From: Oikopleura dioica
Taxonomy: Eukaryota; Animalia; Chordata
Direction of reading: 5' to 3'
Length of the DNA stretch: 64,000 nucleotides
Assembly (NCBI GenBank): GCA_907165135.1
Contig: OU015567.1
Coordinates: 10,168,001-10,232,000, forward strand
Position 1 is the first letter of the stretch, and each line of letters opens with the position of its first letter. A program made the position numbers and the translations under genes. Of this stretch, positions 46,601 through 58,446 are shown piece by piece. The notes beneath the pieces were generated by a model that had not been told where the DNA came from, made no database searches, and saw nothing but the letters and a program-made list of their open reading frames with translations.

Positions 46601-48720
46601 TAACAATGCCGAATATCTTTGCGCCCAAATAGATGATTCCAGACAGCCGTCACCAACACTTTCTCACGATATTTTGGAAATGAAAAGATTACGCCGAATT
46701 TGCGGCTTACCGAAACATAATTATTAAATACCTGCCTATTCATCATAAAAAAGAGCAAAAACGGAGCTCTGCTGTAATTAAGGGATTACCGGTCAATATT
46801 GCTCGTAGGAAAAAAGGTTGACCGAAAAGTTAACTCAATAAATTTTCGGCTAATTAGCCACCACGTGTGCGTTTATTTACCCATCTCCGGAGATCTACAC
46901 CGTGGCTAGCCCAAGCCCATAACCGGTGATTGCCGAGATCGCCGATCCTGCCATTATCCGACATAATTATTATGACGTCGATAAAAAAAGCGCGCGAAAT
47001 TTGAAACCCTCTCCTCCGCTCCCTTTTTACTTCTCCTCTTTTCTCCGTAAAATGAGTTTTACGGCTCTTGAGAGTTGAGAGTGGCGTTTGAACTTACGGA
47101 AAAAACGAGCTGTCATTATGGAAAATGAGGGAGTGAAAAGATCAAACGAGGAGGGTGGTTATTATTTCCTGCGAAAAAAGGCAGTTCAAAGGAAGAGAGT
47201 CAGTAAATAAGTCCTTAGACGGAGGAATACAATAGGAATGCTCTCTTCATCGGGAAATGAATGATTAAGGGTATCTGCCGATGGAACTCGTGCCTAAAAC
47301 CGCGCACCGGACGAGGTTCACACCCAAAGCGATGCATATTTTAAACACATATTGAGAGCACGGCACTTGATCATCACTAAGTGCTGTATTTATCCATCGA
47401 AGACAAAGCCATCAGAATTTTCTTCATGAAAATCCGACGCTCGCTGTCGCCAAAAGCCGATTGCGCGGGGAGGGCTGAGCCGCTCTAATTCAAGCTGCTC
47501 TGACTTTGACGCATTTTTTGAAGCGAAAGAAAAATGCAAAAGCAAAAGTCTCTATTTTTCGCATAATTTGGCTGTCGTAAGGTGATGAATATAAGCTCAC
47601 TGGTACAAAAAGAAGCCTCCGGAAGAGGAAGAATTAAAATTTTTGAAGGATTTTGAACATCTGTGCTTCTAAGGGCTTAAGAAAATGCCATAATCATTCC
47701 TCGCCAGGCGGATATAATAACACATTGAAAAAGGTCGTATGCACGTGACTATGCATGTTAAACACGGTGCGAAAATGTTTTCACTATATTTTGAAGTCGA
47801 AAAGTAGAACGCGGAATTTGTTGAATTCAAAATAACACGCTTTTTTGAAAGGCTAAGTATCAATAAATGCCTCAATTCATTACGGATTTTTCCTAAAAAG
47901 CCGCGCTCATCAATAATAAAAGCTTGATAAACTTGGCGCTCATACAAAATCACCATTAATTTTTCCCGAGAAAAAAAACTGCCCACCGAGCAGCTGCTAA
48001 ATTACTAAGGTATTTATGCTCTACCGTAAATATGGACAGTAAGCGCGTGTGGAGCTGCTATCAATATTTGAGAAGGGGAAGAGCGGAAGTAGAATTTTCT
48101 ATTTTGCAAATTTCGCATCTGAGCAAACACCAGCTGGCGCAAAGTGATAATCGGCTAATCGAACTGTCATTTATGCATTGTAAACTGTCATTTTCAACAT
48201 CACCAGATGAAAAATTAGCTAAGAAACTTATCGAAAGCGAAAAGTCTTTGAACCCAAAAATATCTATTTCTCAACCACAAAGAAATAATTAGCTCCGAGC
48301 ATACGGAAAATAGAAGCGCCCGAATTTCATCCTAATTATTCGCTCCTCAGTCCACTTTTGGCATTGACATTTGGCATGCTAAACATAAATTGCCCCAACA
48401 CATAAGCCTCTCCAGCCAATATCGACAGTTGATTATAATACCGTATTCTCTCCAGAGACGCCGGCAATCAAAAATCAAAAGATTCTAATTTTCAACTCTC
48501 TTTTTCTCAGCTCCAACTAAGGGCGTGATGAAAAAGCTGGATATTTTCAAGAAAACATGCATAAAACTAAGTGTAACAGAGGCAACGCCACTATGATTTT
48601 TCCCGAGCCGCCGGAGCGTCGGGAAAATAGATCAGAAAATGCAAAATAGTATTGTCGAAAATAGAAATCAACTTGTTTCAAAAACAATCTGAATCCCTTT
48701 TCTTACAGTTTTTCTTTTAG

Positions 48721-51700
48721 TTTGCAGCACTTTCGCCCAGAAAACTCAATACACTTTGGAAAAGGGATCGACTGGTGATATCAGCTGTTCCTTCCCCGGC
48801 GATGTGACGCTGATCAACTTCAAACGCGACAAAGAAGTTCTATGGATCAAGTACGGCGATCAGAACCCTTTCTCAACGAGTAACAACCGCTTTCAATCAA
48901 TCAGCTCCAGGCACGGGTCACGTGACCTCGCCGAAAAGGTCAATTTGAGGCAATGAGCTTACGCCATGTAATCAGAGAGATAATTAAAAAATATAAGCTC
49001 GCCAGGGTGAAAGATTAAGAAGCCGAGTATAGAAAATGAGATCGATACAGCTGGGCAACATCAGACATGCCCTGTGGCCGGAAAAAGGTCACGGGCAATT
49101 AAGGCACACTATCTTTGCCAAGGTCTTTTCACAGTTTCTTTACGGTAGTTTTCCTCCAAAAATGAACTTACGGCGACTTGCTTGAAGAATGAGGACTTTT
49201 TAATCAGGATGAAAAGTCCTCATTCTTCAATGATCTCGCTGAAAAACCGTAAAGGTTCATAGCTGTCCTAAAGACTTTTAATGTGGAGCAATGATCAAAC
49301 AGTGTTCCTAATCAAAAATTCTGTTACCGTAAGCTACAGTAATCGATAGTCATTAGTTGATTAAAACGGCGGCTGCGCTCAAGGCAAGCACTCGGAAGAG
49401 AGGCATTAAGCTCATCGCCGCGTATCGAGCGGCTCATCCGAGCGGAGCCGTTTAATTTATAAAAAGATCTTCTTGTATTTATTCTAAATCTGAAATATAA
49501 AATAATCTGAATCTATTTTTTGATTCAAAGATGGGCGGATAAAATCGGCTGGGCAAAGTGCCCATCTTCCACTTTTAGAAGAAAAAATATAAATATAGAA
49601 AAATATGCCGAGCGTATGGGCTGTATATGTAGCATACGGGCGAGTGGATGATCCTTTTCTTAAGGATCTACACTTCGATTATAGCAGACTCTGCTCTCAG
49701 ACGAGGTAGCACCTGGCTAAGGGTGCGCCTCCCCACCGTTCTCATGGAACATAATGTTCATATTACAGTAGCTCAGGAAAGCGAAAAACATATGTTCGTA
49801 AATTTCTCTTTCGGTTTTCTTTTCATCTGCGATTAAAGAAAAAAACTTGGGCACTTAGATGCTTGACAATAAAATCGTTTGTAATCCGGCGATAACCAAA
49901 TATTGTGACCTCAAAACAAGCTCCAGTTCGAAACTCGACTTACGTATCAACTCGGTGCAGCTGGAGGATGAAAATGTTTATGCTTGTGAAAATCAGCGTG
50001 GAGAAGGATACGATATTCATTTAACTGTCACAGGTACTTCGAATTCTCGATCTTTAAAAAATCCTTCAAGGGACTGACTAGAGCTTGAATAGAATTCTAA
50101 GCTGCAGCTGGGTTTATCCTCCCTGTAGTAGAATATTCAGCTGTTGGGTAACAGAATTTTCTACCAAAATTCGATTCAACTTCTGGCCTAAGTTTATGTC
50201 AGGCGGCGAGTGAATTAAAATAATATTTGGCGAAAAGTGAAAACTAGCTTCTGGCGTTGAACACCGCATCAGCTGGCAGCTTTGCGTTAGTTCCAATCAC
50301 GTGGAAAAAAAAGAAGGGACTGACCGGTTAGCAGCAGGTGCGGCGACGACCGGGAGGGACCTTTGACAACGTGTTTAGTGTCAACTTAGGCTGTAATGGG
50401 TTATCTTATGTAACTAATTTGTGAGAAAAAATATCATGCTTGATAAGAAGCTGCCCAGATTTTTAAAGCCCTTATCTTTGGTGCATTGAATTTTGGTTAT
50501 AAACAGCATTTTGAGAAAAAGTCAGGGAAAGGGATGGATAAACAAACTGTGATATTTATACTATCCTTCCGCAAGAGTGGGATTGTGTTAACCGCTGCTC
50601 TAGAAGTTTTGCGGGTAAATAGACGCGTTCTAGCGCTGATAGAATTGCTTCAAAGATTGATGAAAATTTGGAATGCCACGAGAGTTTAATGGCTGAAAAC
50701 TTTAATAAGGGGATCCACATCAATCACCAATTTTCTTGTGCACATTTCTTCTAGTGCTAAGATAGTGACGCCCTTATTTTTTGCTTTGTGAAGCCTTCTT
50801 CGCCATCATTATTCAATTTTCATAAGTCAGTTTTAAATCCCTTCCCTCTAAAATATCCTAAAGCGCAACGATCCTTGATTTACGATACGAAAGGATTTGC
50901 TATGATTATCTTGGTGATAAGCAAAGATGGTGACTTAAAATTTAAGTGAAACCGGAGGTGACAATAGAAGAGGCATCCTCACTCGTTGTGAATAGTGGAG
51001 AGGAGTTGCAAATCGGAACTTGTCGCGCTTCCGGAGCCAAACCGCGCCCGCAAATCCAGTGGATCGACGATACGGGAAGAGTTTACCCGGCAAATGAAGA
51101 TGCTACGTAAGTTATTCAGAATAACTTATTCTGCGAAAAGGGGCTTGCTAGGGAGTGTTTCGAAGAAAAAGGGTTGAAAGAGCAACTTTGGAAAGGAAAA
51201 AAGTTTGCTGTAACCAGGATTCGAACCTGGGTTGTCACGGCCACAACGTGAAGTACTAACCACTATACGATTACAGCTCTGACAGGCGACCTCAAAAAAT
51301 CATTTATCAAAAAATTTTACGAGGTCACTAATTTTTCTGTTTGAGTACTTTTTTGCGTCAACTTTACAGATTTTTTCTGATTGCCCAATTAAAAAATTCC
51401 AACCTCAATTAATCATGTTCCAACACAGTCGATCGCCGATATCTGTGACTCACGGGGTCAGTTTTTCAAGTATCGCTGGTTTTTCGGCTGTACCGCAGGT
51501 AGCAGATTCAGATAGGACACGCTGTGGTCGATGTTGGTTTAGTGAATCTCCAAATTGCTGGATTCGGAACACACTTTCCTTATCATTTCCTTATCAGCTC
51601 TGCTCATTACCTCAAATGTCCGAAATTCAACTATAATTTTAGCAAAAAAGGGAAGCTCATCGACGTTGAGAGCACCTTAATCATCCCCAATTCAAGCAAG

Positions 51701-54700
51701 GACCACCACGACCGTCGATTCTCCTGCAAGATTTCCCAATCAAACCAGGAAGTAGCCACTTTGGCTGTGGAAAAAAGCGTAAACGTCCGCTGGGCACCAG
51801 AAAATACCGACATTATCGGCGCTGAAGAGTTCCTGGAATTGAATGCAGCGGAAATTACCTGTCAAAGTAAGTGCTAATGTACTTAGTTACTGAAACAAAC
51901 ATTTTTGATTACAGGGCGGGTTAAATGTTTGCGTAGCTTTTTTATCAGTCAGATTTTTTCTTCTCAATTAAGATTTTCTAGTGATGGTTTTTTTTTGTTT
52001 ATTTTTGGATGTTTTTTGATGCTGAATTTCGCTTTTTTCTGAGTAACGGGTTAAGATAAAATTTCTCTTCAAAAAACAATAATCCCGCTTCATAACCTGG
52101 ATCAGACGTAAAAAACCTGGCATCATGATCCATAAATCCCCTTGAGAATAACGGTAGATATCGGTAAGATGTAACGCGTCCAGCCGGGCTCAGTCCCGAA
52201 ATCCCACGCCGGCTAAGTACTTGTTTACGATGGCTTATCGCTATTTCTAGTCCGGCTCATTTTGATAAGTGGCCAGGTTCATCTCTAATTCCTCCTGTTT
52301 AGGCTCTTCAAATCCTGCTCCGACGTTTTCCTGGTCCGTTGTCGATGCAAATAAGACTCTTGAAACCGATTATGCTCACTGGACGATTTCAGGTAAAAGA
52401 CTTTACCGGTTGTTTTCAAGTGTTATTCTTCTATGAGAGCTGTTTTACTCAACTATGCGACTTTTCATGTTTTTCCTTTCTTGATCCGCACTGCAAGATT
52501 AATCTAACCAGAGTAATGCCTTATGCAAATGAGTATTTTCAGAATAAACAAGAAAATTTTAATTTTAAGTCGGTAGAGCATCTGGTACTCGGGGAGACCT
52601 CGAGGGACCGGCTGGTCCTCGAATAGCCGCCTTTGGTGCCAACGGTTTTTGAAGAGCTCTTGAAAATTTTCTCGACGCTAATTGTTAAAATAAGCTTTAT
52701 TAAAATATTCATTTTTCAATCGTATAAAAACAATTATAATTCCCTAACGCATAATTCGCCAATCCTGGCTTCTCCTGACATAGCCTTATTTTCCATCCTT
52801 TCTCCTTTGATCTGTATCAAGTACCGCGATAGTAGCTCTTCATCAATTTTTAAATTTTAGACGACGGCGCCACTCTCCGAACAAACAGCATTCTCGCATC
52901 CGACAACAGCGCTGGCTTCCGCTGCATCGCATCAAACGACTTGGCTGAAGAGGCCAAGGACTTTGTCCTCGCCGTCACCGGTAAGTTTGTGTGCCAGAGT
53001 GCAGTTTTTTTTCAACAGTTAGACTACCGTTTGGGTAGTAATGACTTACTGATAGTATTTTTTCAAGTGCCTCAGTTTTGTCTAATTTTTCGGTCCATAA
53101 TAGCCGCTTGCGGCTTTTTCTAGCATCCTTTTTTCGTCTCTTGAACAAGTAAAGCTGAGCACAAGAAAAAATCTATCGTTGTCAATTTGTCGTGCGTAAA
53201 CTAACATGTGTGTCCATAGAACGTCCTCCCGCGCCCTCTGAGTCCATTTCCGGTAAGTCCGCTTCATTCTCCAATCTTCGGCTTAGCCAGCCTCTATCTC
53301 GGCCCACCACGTCAGGAAGCATTGATCTGTACATAATTTCGGCGCCGTGAATTCGCGCGCCGGCGGGTTAAATTTAACCTTCGCGATAATTTCAAGCTTC
53401 GTTAGCTCGAACGCACTTGACGTTGACCCGCTTTTTGGTAAACAAAGGGCTTGTTGTGGCTTACACGCTAGAATTTAGTGTTATTATTATTTGGGGTACA
53501 CTTCCGGCCGCAAGAAAATTCGCGGAATCGCTTCTTTGCGGTCCCGCACGGAGTTAACTTTATTAGCTCATCCCCTCGCGACACATTCTTGTTAACCAGT
53601 TGGTAAAAACAAATAACGATACAACAGGGGAATATTTTCAACTAAGGGCCTCGCATTTCTGTTTTCATTATCATTAAAAAATATTATCAAAGCCTTTTTG
53701 TAAGAAAACTCTTCTTTGGAGTTAAAGCAGTGATACCCTTATTGTCCAATTAAAAATATATTGGTCAATTAGCTCAGACGAGCTCTTAACGTGTAAGAGC
53801 TATAATCTGCTGTGAAGAAAAATTTTGGCAGAAGGAAAATGCTAATGTCGTGTAAATTTCTCGCCCCTATTGTTTTGGCGACAAACGATTTTCAGGGGGA
53901 TGCAAATTGTAATCCCCGGATTATCCCGCACACTTTTTTGGGTCATCGTGTGAGAGACAGAAATTCAGCCAGAAACCTGCTGTTTCGAGGTCCCGTAAAG
54001 ACCCTGCTAAGGCGCCAAAAGACCTTTGTCTCAGCCGGCGTGAAAGGAAGATTTTCTCACGCTTCTCTCAAGGGCGCTTTTGATAAGTCTTATCGGAAAA
54101 ATTACGGAAATGTGATACCGAGACTCTTAAAAATGATCGAAAATGGCAATTTTCTATGCGGCCCTTTAGGAGGAGAAAATTCTACATTTCGGAAAAAATA
54201 CGTGCTGGTGAATTCTGAGCCAAAAAAGCTAAAAACCAGAAAAAGGGATGAGCCACGGAAATGTCATCGAGCGTAATCTGCGCGAACATGGCGATGTCAT
54301 GCTCAACGACTTCCGCCTCTAATTTGTACGAATTAGGGTGAAGCACTTTTGGTTGACCCGCAAAAAAACTGGGCAAGGGAAAAAATTTCACAAAATACCA
54401 AATTTTGCAATTGACTGGAGACGGGACGGGTTCCACGAGGATTGAGCGCCGTAAAATGTCAATTTTCTCGAGCCTAATTTCAAGGAACTTCCTATTTTGA
54501 ATATCCAAGCTAAGGGTCTCCCTAAAATTTTTGGCTCCATGGGCTCTGAAATTGACCATCCAAGATAGAGTGTTGACGCCAGGCAAAACGTCTAGCAGAC
54601 TTTTAAAAGCCCTTGGAATTCGATATTTACGCATACTTCTAGCCCAAACCCACAAGAAAAAGTATTCGCGGCGGATTGTTGTAAGATCAAAGTGGGCTAT

Positions 54701-55696
54701 TGAAATTGTGGGAATGTAGCTGTCAGTTTTCGAATTAAATTGTCCAATTTTGTGCTTGTCGTTTGAGGCGCTGCCAATTTTCCCGGATGGTGCGCTCTCT
54801 TTATTTTTTCGTTTTCACTTTCAAGCACCTAATTTTCGCGCCACTGAAGAGCGCCGCACACGTTCCAATTAGTGCGCAATAATTACGTACATTTTGCGAA
54901 AATGAAAAGTCCACCGCCGGTAATTTTCGTCGTGCAGGCCCTTATTCTTATCTAGAGCGGCAATTATTGGTTTTAAAAGTTTTTAGACTAGTACTGATGA
55001 AAATTTAATCAGAGCCTAACAAACTGAATAGAACACACTAAAAGCATGTTTATTTAATATTTAGAAGTAGATATATTCATACAAATACTTTTCTATTTTT
55101 AAATAACCGATGAAATGTTCATTGAAAAAATCCGCGTTCTCCTCCATGATTTCAATAAAATTTTGGGGATTTTTCTGTAAACGATTTTTTTCGCGACAAG
55201 GCTTTATTTATGACGAGAAAAATATATGCGACCCTTTTGAATGTAACTGTATTTCCACCTGATCAGGACAGAATGAAGCGAAATAATTAAAAACAGTCTG
55301 ACGCGCATTTTAATGATTGTTCTTTTTTCATCTGAAAAGCATCAAAACAGGCCCTGATTTATTAATTCATCGTTTTACCTCACTAATTTGTCAGAAGGAG
55401 AGACCTAAATGTTCTGTTTTAGATTCGATCAGCGGAGGAGCAGCTAAAAATGCGATGGTCTATTCTATTGCTGCTGTAATTTGCATTGTGCTGTTAATCG
55501 CCTTCTGTATTGTTTTGAAGAGGACATGCATAACCAAAAAAGGTAAGAGTCCCTCAATTAGATAATGGTTAATCTTTCAATATTCAAATTTTAACCTTTT
55601 GTTTCAGAAGTCTACAAAACTGAAGACAAGGAGGAGCGAGACTCCCTCGCCGACGCAGAACTCGAAGCTGGGAACAAGAAAGAATACTTTATGTAA
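48721..55696 (+). CDS. CADM: Three-Ig cell adhesion molecule, CADM/SynCAM (nectin-like) type; first exon unresolved
   Basis: V-set (DISC...LRINSVQLEDENVYAC), C2-set (STLII...RRFSC) and I/C2 (SNPAPTFSW...FRCIASN) domains, a TM segment (VYSIAAVICIVLLIAFCIVL) and a C-terminal KKEYFM* (cf. CADM KKEYFI PDZ-binding motif). Confidence 0.8.
49182..49230. repeat. Perfect 19-bp inverted repeat with 11-nt loop (intronic hairpin)
   Basis: TTGAAGAATGAGGACTTTT / AAAAGTCCTCATTCTTCAA. Confidence 0.9.
51206..51277 (-). tRNA. tRNA-His(GTG): tRNA-His (GUG)
   Basis: GCTGTAATCGTATAGTGGTTAGTACTTCACGTTGTGGCCGTGACAACCCAGGTTCGAATCCTGGTTACAGCA folds as a cloverleaf with A/B boxes. A T6 terminator lies at 51197-51202. 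Confidence 0.97.
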
Positions 55697-56045
55697 TTCC
55701 AAGATGACATTTTTAAAAAAAATACTGAACTACTTTTTTGTAAACTAACTGCCTCGACTGGTGCTTGGAGCAACCAGCGTTGATACAATTATTTTTTTTA
55801 AAAGGATAAAAATTATTGACCTGCAAAACGAAGTTGTTTTGTAAAGAGCTTTTCTTCAACGCTTTATTACTGTACATATTTGACACACTCGCTTACTTGC
55901 TATTTATTCGTTGTGTAGATAATTTAATAAACCGTGTATTTAGACCTGCTTATGTTGTTTATCTCTTGCGCAAGATGTAGTGGCTTTCAAAGTTTCACGC
56001 TTGAATTTTTATTGTCAGTTGAAAAAATTTGTACATATTTAGATT

Positions 56046-56297
56046 TCACTTCTTTGCCGCCATAGCTCTTCTTTGAGCAGGTGATGCTGAAGTCTGAGGA
56101 TTTGCGACGGCTTTTCTTTGAAGAGCTGGAGAATTGTAAGGACTTGATTTCGGACTTGCTCGAGGGCTGGCATGGGGAGAGATTCGGCTCATCGCAGACT
56201 TGTTCCACTTCACGCCGAGGAAAGAATTGCTTGAAGTGGTTTTTGGTTTTGAAGAAGTAATTTGGATTCCTTTCATTGAAGTTCTGGTCTCGGTCAT
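56046..56297 (-). CDS. Small basic Ser/Pro-rich protein (83 aa)
   Basis: An ATG after an AG plus A-rich leader opens MTETRTSMKG...SPHASPRASPKSSPYNSP...AAKK*. Confidence 0.5.
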   Translation of the reverse strand: MTETRTSMKGIQITSSKPKTTSSNSFLGVKWNKSAMSRISPHASPRASPKSSPYNSPALQRKAVANPQTSASPAQRRAMAAKK

Positions 56298-56649
56298 TTT
56301 TCGTTTTTTTTTTCTATTTAAAAGATTCTTGAAATTTCTTTTGGTGGAAAAACCGGGACGCGGGTTGCTTATATTCACTAGAACAAATGCGTCATGCACA
56401 CGAGAATCTCGACATGATTTAATATTCATTATGGTCTTCCATGATTGCAAATATCAAACTCGCCCGCGTGAGCGTCAACAACGTAAACGACCTTGAAAAC
56501 TATACCAGACCCACTCACTCTAACAAGTTTTGATTTTAAGTTTTTTTTTTGGAAATTTTCAGCCTGATCAGCTGACGTAAACATATAGTCATAAGAGCAC
56601 CTATTTTAGGCGGATTCAGCTCTGTTGAAAAATATGGAACTGATTACAT

Positions 56650-57851
56650 CTACTGCATAGACATCATTTCATTAAGTGTTTTGTCGAGCTTCTCGGAGAT
56701 TGATCGGTAGTTCATCTTTTCGTTCATAAGAGCCTCGAGGAGACCATCGATGGAAGACTCAAGCTTGTCGACGGATCGTTCAGCAAACTCTGCTCGGGTA
56801 TCCTGAGTTTTGAATTCTTCCTGTAGGCGGGCGATCTTGCTTTCGAACTTTTCTTCCTCCTCGCCGTTCTTGATTGTGATGGCTTCGGTTTCCTTGACCT
56901 TTGCTTCCATTTCTCGGATCTGAGTCTCGAGTTCCCTGGCTAGCAATAAAATGTCACTAGAAAAGCAGTGGATTCTCATGAAACTAAAGCACGCGTAAAT
57001 CTTTATTGAGGCGACCTTCAGCGCGGTTAATTCAGAACGGGCTTACCTTTAGTTTCAAATTCTTCAGCTCGCTCGATGACTCGCTCCAAATCGCCCTCGA
57101 CGACTTTGAGTTTTCGTGAGGCATCTTCGAACTTTTGGTTGGAAATTTTAGCCACTTCATTGGCTTCTTCGAGCTGAGTCTCCATCTGCTCGAGAGACTC
57201 TTCAGCGGCGAAAGATCGCGCTTCACCGGCTTTTCGCGCATCTTCGTTTTCCTGCCCAGAAGACTCGATAGTTTTGCACTTTTCGATGTTCTCCTGAAGT
57301 CGCTCCTTGTTTCGCATGGTTTCTTCCTCGAGGAGAGCAAGTCTTCGTTTCAGAGCGCCGGCCTGCAATTCGGCATCGACGGCTTCCTTAAATTTATTGG
57401 CAAGATTCACCTCTATGATTTCGAAATTCTAGATATCAAAGATGGAGGTCTTCTTATGTTGAATCTGAGATTTTATAACAAGTGCCTTTCGACAGTCTTT
57501 ATCGACCCTTCCACGATTTGAATGTCAAATCGAAGCTGTTCAGATAAGCCCACTAGTCCAAAAATGACCCGAGATAAGAAAGACAAGTCAATGGAAAAGG
57601 CTTTTCCAACTAATAAAATTTACCTTATCAGCAAGCTCAAGCTTCTCGGCTGTGTCCTTGGTGACCGAGATGGTGATATCAAGGTCATCCTCCACTTTGG
57701 CGATCTTTCGCTGGATTTCGGAGACTTCTTTTTCGAACTTAGCGGCGGATTTCTCGAACTCTTGAGCTTCGCCTTCGAGAGAATTGGCCCGATTAGTGGC
57801 GGCTTCCTTCTCCTTGACCATGGTATCCATCTTGTGCTTGATCGACTCCAT
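56650..57851 (-). CDS. TPM: Tropomyosin, divergent
   Basis: Three coiled-coil exons: MESIKHKMDTM..., AELQAGALKRRLALLEEE...RKLKVVEGDLERVIERAE and RAEFAERSVDKLE...LDKTLNEM. Confidence 0.88.
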
Positions 57852-58446
57852 TTTGGGAAAGTGGTGATTTTATATTTGACAACAAAGAACCTAAAATAAT
57901 TTGTTAAATACTATAATGTTACTTTTGTATAAATATTTTTTTTTTATTTTTTTGACGAAAATTTTCAAAACTTTTAGTTTATTTCTCCACATACACCTTC
58001 TTTCTTTTGGATTAATGACGATTAAAAATTGAATAAATAAATCTCTGACAAACCTCGGTTAGCAACGCTGTGGCTGAGTGAGAATTGATTTCAGTTCTTT
58101 TCGACGGTGGCTGGTTCCTACCTCCTCCTAAGTGTTACATTTATGGCGGAGGCTCGGCTCTGTAAAAGCACGCCCCATGCGTGCAGCAGTAAACGCAGGA
58201 TTTAAATCTAATAAAGTTCACAGTCAATAAGCGACGAAACTAGTCTGTTCGAGTATGAACGGGTTAATATACAAGAGCAACTGAGAATTCCTTTCAATTT
58301 ATTCATCGCAGTAACAAATGATCTTTTACAGATCTTTTGAGTTCGGCTTCGGAATTTTCGATAGATCCAATGGTGGAGGAGGAGGGCGTTTTTGGTGACT
58401 GATTCTTGGAAGAGGCTGCTTTTCGATGGTTACACGAGTACTGTGT

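Noticed and set aside
54182-54655. 157-aa minus-strand ORF in a CADM intron containing HPNSY...HDIAM, reminiscent of the trypsin catalytic Asp motif
   Set aside because: No AAHC or GDSGG motifs were found in nearby frames, so the resemblance is probably chance.
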